From NCBI GenBank assembly GCA_017499595.2, contig CM039004.1:620001-684000 (forward strand): 64,000 nucleotides of DNA. Reading direction: 5' to 3'. The position numbers were made by a program, and so were the translations under genes. How positions within the stretch are numbered: position 1 is the first letter of the stretch; each line of letters starts with the position of its first letter. This document shows positions 52,488-64,000 of the stretch, one piece after another. The notes under the pieces were generated by a model. That model did not search any database, had not been told where the DNA came from, and worked only from the letters and a program-made list of their open reading frames with translations. Source of the stretch: Psilocybe cubensis (Eukaryota).

Positions 52488-53922
52488 TCATCGCCTTACG
52501 CGCACGGTTTGCTTTGGTCCTAGTGCTACCGCTTTCGTTGGTCGGTTCTTGCTATCCAACTCCAGTGGCAAGCAAGTCTCTGTGTTCAGGCGTAGCTTCT
52601 TGAAACCCCCTCCGTTGTGAGGTTTCGAAATCTGCCACTGGGAACCAAATTTTGGAGGAGGCATTCCGACGAAATCCAACGTATCTGGTGGTTGGTTTTC
52701 GATGTGGCGTAAAGAAGGTTGTGGTGGTGATGATACTGTAATACTTTGCTGAGTTCTCGACTGATCGTGTCCCAATGTATGGCTCCCCTGTTATTGTTGG
52801 ATATGTAGAGCAGGATATTAGTAGAGAAATCTGAAAGCGTACATGAGAAACGTCGTGAGCGGGCTCCCGTTCTGCGTCTTCTAGTTTCCGCTTCAGTGAA
52901 GCTATTTCGCTTTTCTGAACCTTCAATCGCTCTTGGGCCTATAGTACAATTATCTTCTGTCACTTTTATTTCCAAACGAAGTGTTACACCACTTACTGTT
53001 TGCTTTTGACGCTCTAGAATATCCACCAACCGATTTTTTTCCTTCTCCATATCTTCCGCCCTCTGCTTCCAGCCTGTAGAAGACTTGTATGCCTCCTCCA
53101 GCTTCTTCTTCGCGTCTTCTGCGAGCTGTAGCGCGTCGGAACGCTGGCGTGCGGATTTTTGCATGTCTGTCTCCAGCTTGGTGTTCTTTTGGCGCAGCTC
53201 GTCGCGTTCCTTGGAGAGATTGTCGCGCTGACGGACGTAGGTTTGTTGGTCAGCCAGAAGGAGCTTTATCTGGGCTTGCTGGTCGAGCGATTGGGTGAAA
53301 AGGGGGATTATGCGTTCATTGAAGTCTTCAATTGCCTTGAGGAGTGCGGTCTTGATGTTGAGGAGAAAAAAGTAGGAAAAGGGTACGCAGTGGCATCAAA
53401 AAAGAAGAAATAAAATGATATTCATGTTGATGGTGACATTGTGTGCAGAGGAGGCAACAAAGAGGTATACTTACTACATTCGCACTGCCGCTGCCGCTAC
53501 TGCTGCTCCCTTCTGGCTGCTGCCGCTTATCGATATGGTCCTTGACGACCGCCTCGAGCTTCTTTCCTGCCTTCTTGACGCTGATCAGTGGGGTGTCAGG
53601 ACCCATCTTGTTCATTCCCTCAACAAGGGCAGCATGCTGCGACACTGAATCGTCGACGAGCATGACGAAAAGCGCGTGCCCCTGGTTTTTGCTGATGTGT
53701 TTTCGGCAGTTCGGGCAGGGCATGGGAGTGTCAGCGTCTCTTCGGAAGAGCTTGTTGGTACATGGTTTACACCATCCGTGGCCTGGATGAAAAACAAAGT
53801 GTGAAACGTGAACATGGTCCATATAGTGTTTTGAAGCGCGTACCGCATGGAAATACAAGGAATTTTTTGTTAGAGTCGATGGGGATGTGTTCGAGGCAGA
53901 TAGAACAGTGTGCAGCAGGCAT
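52488..53922 (-). CDS. RING-finger protein with long coiled coil
   Basis: Spliced MPAAHCSICLEHI...FPCG|HGWCKPC...CPNCR; extended coiled-coil exons. Confidence 0.75.
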
Positions 53923-54329
53923 TGTGATTTAAACTTCGCGTCAACAGGTAAACGCGCCGATCCAACGAGAGTGAGAAATAGTATGGATAGATGCGATTTC
54001 CAATAGGATAACGTCCAAGTTTTAAAGGTGATCGTGTTGTGTCTTAGGAAAATGTTCTGGAGCCTGGATGGACGCCTTCGAGGCGTGAATGTCGCTTAGC
54101 AGTGGGATTCCATTTAAACATGACACTGAGACGCGTTCCTCCGCGTTATTTGCTCCTGATTGGAGCTAGGTGTGATCACGTGATAGATGATTCTACGCGT
54201 CGCGTTAATTAGGCTTGTCAGGGATAGTCAGGCAAGATCGATAACTACCCTTGGCCATTGTAAGCTTGTGGAATAATTGTTTGATAACTCCATTACTAAT
54301 GAATTCCTTGGTACACCAGTAAGCAGGAG

Positions 54330-55913
54330 CTAAGGTAGTTGTACCAGTGGAACTTCCTTGGTGGATGGCAACAAACTTTCAAGGTCGAGGGTATCTTCCA
54401 TTAAATCCAAATGAACCATAACGCTCAACCACTCCTCCACATCTGCAGTCCCAATATCTTTATCTTCCTCAAATGGAGACCCCCTTCCAGATAGAATTAT
54501 TGGAGGAGATGTGATCACTGTATTGCCTTTCCTTCTCAAGAACCGTAAATGTCGCATGGCCAAGTACGATAAATTGAGGGAACGAATTCCTTTGTGGTAT
54601 GTTATGAAGGATATCAAGGACACTACATCATCTGCTAGCATTGTATCAAGCGATATCGTGTGCAATTTAGGCCATACCGCCTCAAGGGAATCCTCGGATC
54701 CCTTTGATTTTGCGTGGAGGACTGCAGGAGGAAGGCCATTGGAGTCAATTATGGAGCCCATAGATGGCTTTCGATTGGGAAACTTTCCTCCACTGGAGAC
54801 AGTAAATCTATCCAGTAATGTCTTTGCTGATACCCGTATAAGTTCCAAGGATTGCAGTGATGAAAACGACCGAAGAACATTGGTATCTTCGTTCTCAGCC
54901 TCGCGAACGATAGGTAGAGCGTTCCTTATTCTTAGGGTGTGGATTTTGGATGAAGAAAGGGACTGACCAAACACCCCAAAAATACTTGTGTCGAGGTCCA
55001 ACTCCAAATACGTGACATTTGGCATATCAAGACAGGAAAACAGGTATGTGGACGTTCTTAAAGAAGGACTTTTGTTATTGCTGACTGCAATAAACTGTAG
55101 GGAGTTTACTCGAGTTCGAGGACCAGATAAGGCGATACTTGGTATTATAGGGTATAGATCAGGGAGGATGAGATATTTGAGCCGACAGTTGTCTCCGAAG
55201 AGCACTGAGATGTCCGCAAATGGTAAATTTAGTTTGTGTACCTCCAAGCAGGTCAGCTGGGGGGTATATGGGAGTGGCAGGCCTTGATATCTGAGCCTTT
55301 GTAAGCCAGTTAACTGCTCAAGCCAGGATGAGTTGCTGGTGTGAAACACCGCTTCTGTGTGTGGCGTTCCTATGAACGGTACACTTGTATATGTCTGACA
55401 AAGGGAAAGCTGCTGAAGCCCAGTCGCCTTCCCAAGGATCCTAGAGATGTACTGCACCGGAACGAGCTCCACCCGAATGTCAAAACGGTGTAGCCGATGT
55501 GCGAAAACTTCCACAAAATCCAGGATCTCGAATAATATGGTTTCCGATAATGGATCCCGACGATTCGTGTTCCTTGCCCATGCCTTGTTGTCCATAATTA
55601 CGGCGACGGGCAACGCTTTTGACCTTTCGAACCAGTTCGACATCCATGCGATACATCCTTCAGCAGTTGGGGGCTGTATTTGTGTCCACAACTCGGGCGT
55701 ACTTTGTGCGAGGGCTCTCCAGTGTTTGCACACTCCTGAAACAAGGTCTGGAAATGGCACGGTCCTCGTTCTATCCTTAGTGCGACCACGGGCGGCGAAA
55801 TCGAGGGCTTCCTTCCAACTCTCGGTTCCTTGATAGAATATCCTTGCAGTTACCTCGTTTGGGATCTGGTCAAAAATGCTGCAGTGAAGAGTCGAAGCTT
55901 CGGCCACCTCCAT
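54330..55913 (-). CDS. F-box-like / LRR-like protein, intronless, 527 aa (paralog of 38709-40247)
   Basis: IPNEVTARIF...VSGVCKHWRALAQSTPELWT; shares LDMPNVTYLE, DVVSLISFI and AMRHL.FL.RKG.TV.TSPP with the other copy. Confidence 0.85.
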   Translation of the reverse strand: MEVAEASTLHCSIFDQIPNEVTARIFYQGTESWKEALDFAARGRTKDRTRTVPFPDLVSGVCKHWRALAQSTPELWTQIQPPTAEGCIAWMSNWFERSKALPVAVIMDNKAWARNTNRRDPLSETILFEILDFVEVFAHRLHRFDIRVELVPVQYISRILGKATGLQQLSLCQTYTSVPFIGTPHTEAVFHTSNSSWLEQLTGLQRLRYQGLPLPYTPQLTCLEVHKLNLPFADISVLFGDNCRLKYLILPDLYPIIPSIALSGPRTRVNSLQFIAVSNNKSPSLRTSTYLFSCLDMPNVTYLELDLDTSIFGVFGQSLSSSKIHTLRIRNALPIVREAENEDTNVLRSFSSLQSLELIRVSAKTLLDRFTVSSGGKFPNRKPSMGSIIDSNGLPPAVLHAKSKGSEDSLEAVWPKLHTISLDTMLADDVVSLISFITYHKGIRSLNLSYLAMRHLRFLRRKGNTVITSPPIILSGRGSPFEEDKDIGTADVEEWLSVMVHLDLMEDTLDLESLLPSTKEVPLVQLP

Positions 55914-56736
55914 CTTGCGGCACGCACCTATGAATCAGGCTTGCGAACGACGCGGAAGAGCCTTAAATATCTCACCAGTATTGTGCCAAATGAGCGCTAC
56001 TCTTGTAAGTTAGAACCTGCAGAATGGGTGTTTCAAGTTCGACCTTGGTCGGGTACTGGTGAATGGGAGTGACAGTCGACTGAGAAGACTTTACAAGCCA
56101 AAATATCCAGTGACCTGGTGACCCTCGGGTTTAGGGTTTATATAAATATTGACATCAGTAATGTGTTTTACTTTATCTATTTTGAGTTTATATCAATTTC
56201 ACATTGAAGTACGCGCAATGGCATGGGTCTTCAACCTCGCAGAACTCTTAGAATTAACATCAAAAATTTTTAAGAAATAATTTCAACCAATAAGCCTGCT
56301 CCGTATGTATCAGTCCTTAGTGCATCCAAGTCAAGTGCGGGACTCGAATATAAAGCGCACGACTCAATGCTCCGATCCTCAGAGCAAGGTAGAAACGAGC
56401 TTGGGCGGCATGCATCATGTTCAATCAACCATATGATTGCGCCTGACCATCGGAAGAGACGGAGAGTCGGGATACCGAATTCTGTTTAAGATACAAGCGC
56501 AACAGAAGGCGCCGGCAGATAGTAATCATTCAGAATACGGATTTGCATGGGGTTTTGTACTGGTACTGGTCTTGAATCAGGGGCAGGTTTTTTATAGACA
56601 TCGGGTAGGCGTAAGGTTTTCTATGGACCCAAAAGTTGACATTCGGATGTTATCCTTCCAGGAATATATTATAGAAAATCTGAAAAAGTGGCCTGTCAAC
56701 CACAAATTGCAGAAAATGTACGTACGACCATCGGTA

Positions 56737-57552
56737 CTATCTGGATCGTGCTAAGAAACGGACACCCTCTCCGTCTGCAATGGCAATCATTTGAGACCGC
56801 CCTGTCTTTCCAAGAATTGCTATGGCCTTGCGGAGTAGTGGGATAGGTATGTTCGTTAATGCTGATTCCAACGGTGGATCCGTGATGTCGTAGAACGTCA
56901 AAATGGTATTCAGTTGACCAATTGAAACGACCTGATAGATGAATTATAATGAGGGGTTTCGTGGGGTATGCACTCTGATTCTACTCACCCAGTCGTATAG
57001 AACCTCGGCCCATTCTTCAGGCAATCTCCAGTAGATCAGTGCCGACCGCGTTTGCTTTGCCGGTTCGTAGCTCGCTAGATTTTTGCTGACCATTGTCGCA
57101 ATAATATTCGACAAATGATCAGGCAGGATTCTGCCTACTCATCCAGATTCCTGTCAACATTTCGAGATAGCCGAAAAAGGTGAGAAACCACGTACGATTG
57201 ATGCGCTCATTACGCAGAATCTCATCCCATTCGCTTCCTGCAGCTTCGGCATCTTCGACACGCAGAACAAAGAGTTTACGGTGTCGTGCATAACCCAAGA
57301 TCAGTCGTATCCATTGTTCAGTCGCAGTCGATTGAGTGGTAGGATTAGGTTGCTCGCTACACGACAATGACGAATATCAGTCAGATACGAGTCCTGTTTC
57401 GTCATATATGAGATTCTGACGTGAAAAAGGGCGGCGCTGAGTGTATCGACGGTAGAAGATAACCTATATTTGGGAAATATAAGTAGAACAAAGAGACTTC
57501 AGGCAGCAAGGATGCACGAACCGCTTGGTGTTGTGTGGGTTGAGAGAGACAT
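56737..57552 (-). CDS. VPS25: ESCRT-II subunit Vps25
   Basis: LPSIHSAPPFFTEQP, IYWRLPEEWAEVLYDW, GQLNTILTFYDI, GEGVRF. Confidence 0.9.
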
Positions 57553-58124
57553 TAATGCAAACAAACTCCGCTGATTGTCATCGGTAACGGTGTCTAATCC
57601 AAACAAATGATGGCCGCTTTCTTCATGACCACCACCATGATGGTCAACCTTGGGCCAACCACTATGACTTCAATTCAAGATGGCACAACAAAATTTTGTA
57701 CATCGAATATAAACTCCTCCAGAACACTATACCGTCACATGTCAGGCGAAGTTATTCGACCATAGCTTCCGTCTTTCGCAACCTTACAGCAACCTTCAAT
57801 CGCGGATAAATTTGCTCGGCCACTCACGAGTTTACCCAGGCATAACTGACAAGATGATCTCAAGTTTTGTCAAGTAAAACTTCGAAACGACCCCCGGCCC
57901 GCTTATATCTCTGTTTCTCCACTTCCCGCATATTTTCGCTGTCCTACTATAGGCGTAGCGGTTGGGTGTATGTGTCACCTGGTCAATGTTTGCGTGGCCC
58001 GTTGTTGCTTCTTTCGAGGAACGCTGGCTTTCCGATGGAGAATATGACATGCATATCATTGGCACAGCATATATACTGGAGCTTGCAGGGAGGTGTAACG
58101 ATTGTTGATGCACACCACATCGTC

Positions 58125-61100
58125 ATGCTTTGGCGGATTCTTGTTCCACTTTGTTTTTGCGTGCTCTCGGTCTATTCTTCTCTTCACATACCGCCATCCC
58201 TCGAAAGGCGGAACTCTACTGGACTAACTGATGCTGTGACATGGGACCCTCATTCTCTTTTCATTCAAGGCCAGCGGGTATTCATCCTCTCAGCCGAAAT
58301 TCATCCTTGGCGGTTGCCTGGGAACCCCGACCTCTGGGGTGACATTTTTCAAAAGGTGAAAGCTAATGGTTTCAACACTGTCTCATTCTGCGTGAACTGG
58401 GCAACGCATTTCCCTACTCCAAATACAAATGAAACTTTGGGGGACTTTCAAGAAGGAACATATAGGGACATACAGAGGTTTATTGACGAGGCGAAGAAGG
58501 CTGGTTTATGGATGATTGCAAGGTGGACCAACACGAGCAACCATTAACGAATCTCAGCTGACTCTTCATTCTTCAGGCCTGGGCCGTACATAAGTAACAA
58601 TTTTATCCGCTTTGTTGTGATAACGCAATGAAAACGTGTTTACAGATGCAGAGACTACGGGTGGAGGGCTCCCTGGGTGGGTCGGAAATATCGCGGGAGC
58701 GTTGAGAACCAACAACGCAAATTATGCACAAGGTATCAGAACTCCCTCTCACGCGCATTTCAATTATTAAACCATAGATTATTTAAGCCTGGACACCGTA
58801 TATGACTGCTATATCCCAGATTATAGCTAAAAATCAGATCACAAACGGTGGACCAAGTAAGTACTAGTCGGTCAAGTTTAGAAATGCTCAATGGCGTAAA
58901 TGGTTCTAACATTGGGCACTGCAGTTATTCTTGTCCAGGCGGAAAACGAATACAGTGCTAGCGCTAGCAACGATATCTACATGCAGGCAATCATCGACCT
59001 TTATCGTAGTAATGGTATCGTTATACGTGAGTTTACCAGACCTTAACAGACCTTGCGACTTATTAAAAATTTCTTAGCGACCACCCACAACGACCAGCAT
59101 GCGGGCTTGAATGGAAACTTCTCACCTGATAAACCAGGGACACATGTTGACATCTACTGGTGAGTTTTCCAGTATGGAGAAACCTGTACCACATTCTTAC
59201 TGAATTCCAGTGGCGATTCCTACCCACAAGGATCGAACAGTTGGGCTCAGGTCCAGTCTGTTTATTATTCCAATCATGTTGCCAGCGCACCCAGTGACCC
59301 TCTTTGCCTAGCTGAAGTGCGTTGAAAGTTATACACACCAATTTTATTGACGAAATTTTCCTCTCCAGCTCGGAGGTGGCTTCTTGCTTGGGTGGGGTTC
59401 TGTAGCCAGAGGAGGGACGGGATATGAGAAATATTGTGAGTAACAAGCAGTCCTACAGTTAATTTATAGATACTTCTAATTGACATTCTCAGCTAACCCA
59501 GCGACGGGTTTGACCAACGCCGACTACGGTAAGCTTGTGCTTAGGTATTTCATCTAGCAGAAAACATTAAGTATTCCGCGTATTCTGCAAGAAAATGTGT
59601 TTTACAAGGACAGCTAGTGCGTTTTAAATAGTTTGATGTATTCCTTGGCCGTTGAACAAAACATACAGCGCACAAACGGTAACTATGTTAAGTCAGTCTT
59701 TACTTGTTGCCAGACGTTTAGGACCTCGCCTGACATGAAGTGATTATGTTAGACATCTACAGTGAGTTCGTCAAGTAGCAAACGCATGCTGTAACTCATC
59801 CATCTCTGTAGTGCTTTTTGGAGGCACGAACTGGGGACAAACTATGGAACCAACTGTGTGCGCTATCATCTTATGACTACCGCTGGCGTATTTCAGGGGT
59901 TTTTAATACTAGAACAGGTATACCTCGTATGAGTATGGAGGAGGTATGTCAGCCCCCTAAAACATGCATTACTCAACTTCTCACAACAAATAGGCATCAG
60001 CGAAAGTCGCGTAGCTGGACCTAAGATGAATGAAATGCGGCTTCAAGGTAGCATATACCCTCATTTCAAATTTCGTTTTCTTACATCGGACCATCAGGTC
60101 TCTTCTTACGAGTATCGAGGGATCTTCTCTCATCAACCCTCATCGCCAATGGCACGAACTACACAACGTCTTCCCTCATCCACACGGCTGAGCTCAGAAA
60201 CCTGGACACTGGCGCAGCGTTTTACTTCTCAAGACACGACCAGTCGACATCGACTGCACTGACCACGACGCAGTTGACTGTGACGACATCTGCTGGAACT
60301 ATACTTATCCCTTCAACTGGAAGTTTGACGTTCAACGGTCGGGATAGCAAGATCATCGTCACAGACTACGTTTTTGGACAGAATAACTTCAAAATGCTGT
60401 ATTCGACGGCTGAGTGCGTTTCAAGTTTCAGGTCTTTTTTCTGTCGTCGTAATTGCTTATATCTGAGCGTAGGGTTATGACCTGGACGACGTGAGCTTAA
60501 ACACCCTTTCCCTTTCGGTGCCATTAATTAAGTTTACTCTTCACTCAAAAAAGGATTGGTTCTACTGACGTCATTATCCTCTACGCGCCCTCAGGCCAGA
60601 GTGGAGAGACTGCAATTCAACTGACAAACCCCGTCCTAGACCTTTCATCCTTCCCAAATATCTCATCTAAATTCTCTAACGGTCTCTTGACCTTGAATTA
60701 CATCACTGGGGGTAGCCAACTTGTGCAAATTCAAAATGGCAATACAAATCTCGCAGTCTTTATCATGGACAAAGCTACTGCGAATACATGGCATGCTCCC
60801 GTGCTGACTCAGAGTGGTACATTTGGCAATTACTTCTCGATTGGATCTAATGCTACGTGAGCGCATTACAAAAATCCAACTATGCTACTTTTTTGACATC
60901 TCTACCGTAGCGTACTTGTTGGAGGACCATACCTCGTTCGATCGGCCGCCGTGATAAATGATACACTCGCCTTGGTAAGGCTTCAGCGCGCATACAAATC
61001 CGGCATCATTGTGCCAACAAATTTTATAGGCTGGAGATTTGAATGGAACAACCACCATCAAAGCCATTGTTCCACCAAACGTCGAGAAGATTACGTGGAA

Positions 61101-62910
61101 TTCTCAGCTTCTGACCTCTTCAAAGAACAGCTCCGGTCTTATTAGCGCCATTGCTCAAAGCAGCTTTCCATCTCCTGCCATCCCGCCGTTGCCCACTCTC
61201 ACTAGGTGGAAGGTTTCTGGAAGGTACACTTAGGTCTTTCGCTGGCATTCACCCCGTATGCAGCTTTAATTGGTATTTCCTTGATAGTCTTCCGGAGATC
61301 AGTCCCGACTTCGACGACTCTGGCTTTGCTACTGGTTCACAGACAACAACTAATGTAAGTAGTATAATTTCCTTGGTTAGGTTACCATTGAATTGTACGA
61401 CATCTAACATTGTATTTCCCTACTACAGTACACCAACCTGCCGGTCCTCGCCGGAGATAAAGTCTTGTATTCCCAGCAATACGGGTGAGATCATTCCCTC
61501 ATAAACAAAATGGTGCTACAGCAACTCATCTGAGGCTCTTCTTAGCTTCTATGGAGGAAACCTCATTTTCCGAGGCCATTTCAACGCGACAGGTCAAGAA
61601 ACGGCAATCCAGACGACAGTTCAATTTGGTTTCGCAGGTGGTTATTCCGCATGGCTTAACGGCGTGTTCTTGGGATCGAGTCAAGGAAACTCGACTGTTA
61701 GCTTTACTACAGATACTTGGAAAGTGACATCTTCGATGCTTCGTGTAGGGCGTGACAATGTCTTTGTTATTTTGCAAGGTGTGCACTGTATATTTTTTGC
61801 CTTTCAACAAATTCTCATCCAAATGCGAATTGTAGACCACATGGGGTGAGGACACTTATTCGGACATATTATTTGTTCATTGATGGCCCGTTCATAATGA
61901 AAAGGATCGTGGAGACTAGCAGTAAGTCATCGAGATATGAGTCGCGCGGTATACCATTTCTTTTAACAATAAATAATTAAGCCAACGGCGGGAAGGAACC
62001 CCGCGGAATTCGGGGCTTCGCGATCATAGGAGGAAGCGCAAAGTTTACTCTTTGGAAGCTGCAGGGGAACCAGGCGAGTGCAGCTCTCCGTCTTCATCAA
62101 AATTCCCCCCCCTTGCTTCCTATCAAGAACTAAACCCCGGTCATTTTCTTCTTCTATTGTCCACAGGGCGGAGCCGCGAACACCCCGGACACCTTCCGCG
62201 GATACCTCAACGAAGGCGGGCTCTACGCAGAGCGAGTTGGCGCGCACCTCCCTGATTTCCCGGACGCATCTTGGGCAGACGGTACACCTCTCACAGGAGG
62301 AGGCGTCAAAGGGGCTGGGGTAAATTTCTTCAGAACCACTTTTGATCTTGTAGGTTTTTACGTTCGTCGCTATTGGCATTGGGTTCTTCATTTTGAAATC
62401 GATCAAACGCATTTTTTGGCAGAGAGTGCCTGCTGGAATTGACATGCCCGTCCGGCTTTCTATCACTCCCAGTGCTATCACCTCCAACTTCCGAGCTCAG
62501 ATCTATCTCAACGGGTGGCAAATTGGGAAATACATCAACAACATAGGGTACATATCCAATCTATCCGTTCATCTAGCATAACAAGTTAATGATCTTCTTC
62601 GTCCTCACAAAATTGTAGCCCTCAAACTCTATTCGTTCTTCCTGCAGGGTGTGTTCCGTCCTACTCCGATTAAAAAGAAAAAATACTAAAAAACTTTAAT
62701 TATACAACCAGGATCTTACGCCGCAATTCGACCAACACACTAGCACTTTCCCTTTGGTCCCTTGATGGGGGAGGTGCCAGCCTCGCAGGGTTGAACCTCG
62801 TATCCGATGGAACCTTCGAGACATCCTTCCAGTTCAACGACTACGTGACGCCCGATTATGCAGACCAAGCACACCTGCGACCTGCTGCTATCTTCGACGC
62901 GCCAATGTGA
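58125..62910 (+). CDS. Secreted GH35 beta-galactosidase, many short exons
   Basis: Signal peptide; VTWDPHSLFIQGQR, EIHPWRLP, KANGFNTVS, ARPGPYINAETTGGGLPGW, ILVQAENEY, NIYMLFGGTNWG, NEGGLYAERVGAHLP. Confidence 0.93.
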
Positions 62911-63057
62911 GCCTTCATCATGGGAGATGGATGTCATAACTGGTTTCAAGTCGATATAAGGAGAGAAAAAGGCGATAAGAATAGGTAAAATGAATAAAGA
63001 AAGCCATATTAATCGCATCAATAAATATGGACGAGGATTTTACTTGGCGTATAACGT

Positions 63058-64000
63058 TTATTCTTCATCGCTTTGATCCTGAAGGAAAGCTGCGATACTT
63101 CTACGAGCGTTTGCCTGCCAAATCATATATTACTAAGATTATTTGGGCCGAAAAAAATCACATTGCTCACCATTTTTCTGGGTGCTGGTACTTCATCTTC
63201 TGACTCGTCTTCATCCTTTCCTTGGTCAGATTTATCTTCATCGTCGTCATCGTCGTCGGGATTTTTAGAAACAGCGCTTCGGCTTCGCGACTCTCGACCA
63301 CTCTTCTTCTCAAATTCCAGGACATCCTCTACGTGAAAATCCATTTCATTAATTTAAAAAAAAATAAAAGTGCAAAGACATCTTTCCATGAAAAGACTTA
63401 CGTATCTCCTGCTCAAGCTCTCTTTTCTCCTTGATCGCTTTCGCTTGTTCTAGACTCATCCTGCCCGTCATGCCCAATTCGGTGAGAGTCTCTTTCAATT
63501 TTCTAATTTGTTGCTGTGGTGTATCGCATCCCTCTAAAAATCGCGACCACACCTTGCGCATGCCGCAGGCTATCATAAGAGACTAGCTTGTTGGTTCAGC
63601 GAATGTTTTCATTCGACCAGAGATCAACATGCAGCTTACCTTGAGGCGTTTGATGGTTGCCTCATCTTTGGATATTGCAGCGGCAGGTTTTTTTGAGGTT
63701 GATTTAGATGATTTCTAGAAATTCGTGAAAAAGGGTGTATCAGAACACCTATCCGGCGCAGGAGGAAGAAACGAAATGGACATACTTTTTCTGAAGTTCC
63801 TGATGTCGATTTTCTCTTTTTCTTCGGTGGCTCGTCGATTAGAACGGAGAGCACAGAAGCATCGCTTTTGTTTCCCTCCTAGATCACACATGTCAGTCTA
63901 GATCCACAGCAGTAGCCCGCCATACATACCTCCTCATCTTCTGTCTTCTTAGCCACAGGTTTTGATTTCGACTTTGGCTTGGAACTGGGTTTAGCAGGTG
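63058..64000 (-). CDS. HIRIP3-like histone-chaperone-domain protein, 3' part (5' end outside the window)
   Basis: IKRLK..ACGMRKVWSRFLEGC..QIRKLKETLTELGMTGRMSLEQAKAIKEKREL; acidic tail ending FLQDQSDEE*. Confidence 0.65.

Noticed and set aside
1-64000. tRNA, rRNA, CRISPR arrays, LTR retrotransposon or transposase ORFs, psilocybin core genes (psiD/K/M/H)
   Set aside because: None recognised by eye in this window

Overview
Intron-dense fungal genomic DNA (50-65 nt introns; gene families typical of Agaricales mushrooms, possibly Psilocybe, which is an inference). About 24 genes or gene relics, reconstructed by hand across introns: a laccase, a small secreted protein, a Kex2-processed repeat precursor (KEP), two tandem aldehyde dehydrogenases, a large orphan gene, a PLP enzyme, two secreted Ig-like paralogs, TGS1, an FAD monooxygenase, a DUF6533-like membrane protein, NUP53, a NOP8-like gene, two intronless F-box genes, an MFS transporter, a single-pass membrane protein, a BTB protein, two RING proteins, RPL11, VPS25, a GH35 beta-galactosidase and a partial HIRIP3-like gene. 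Highlights: (1) a 1.5-kb poly(A)-tailed retroposon encoding only a LINE ORF1-like protein (no reverse transcriptase), with a 3' hairpin and a perfect 12-bp target-site duplication, inserted just after the first copper motif of an otherwise intact ~528-aa laccase that may be the blueing enzyme PsiL; (2) a secreted precursor predicted to yield four pyroglutamyl Gly/Asn-rich peptides, plus a frameshifted relic of the same family 31 kb away; (3) an orphan gene whose ten introns are all phase 0, inside a block that looks repeat-derived; (4) a candidate structured ncRNA at ~50.1 kb. Exon boundaries are manual and no database search was run.
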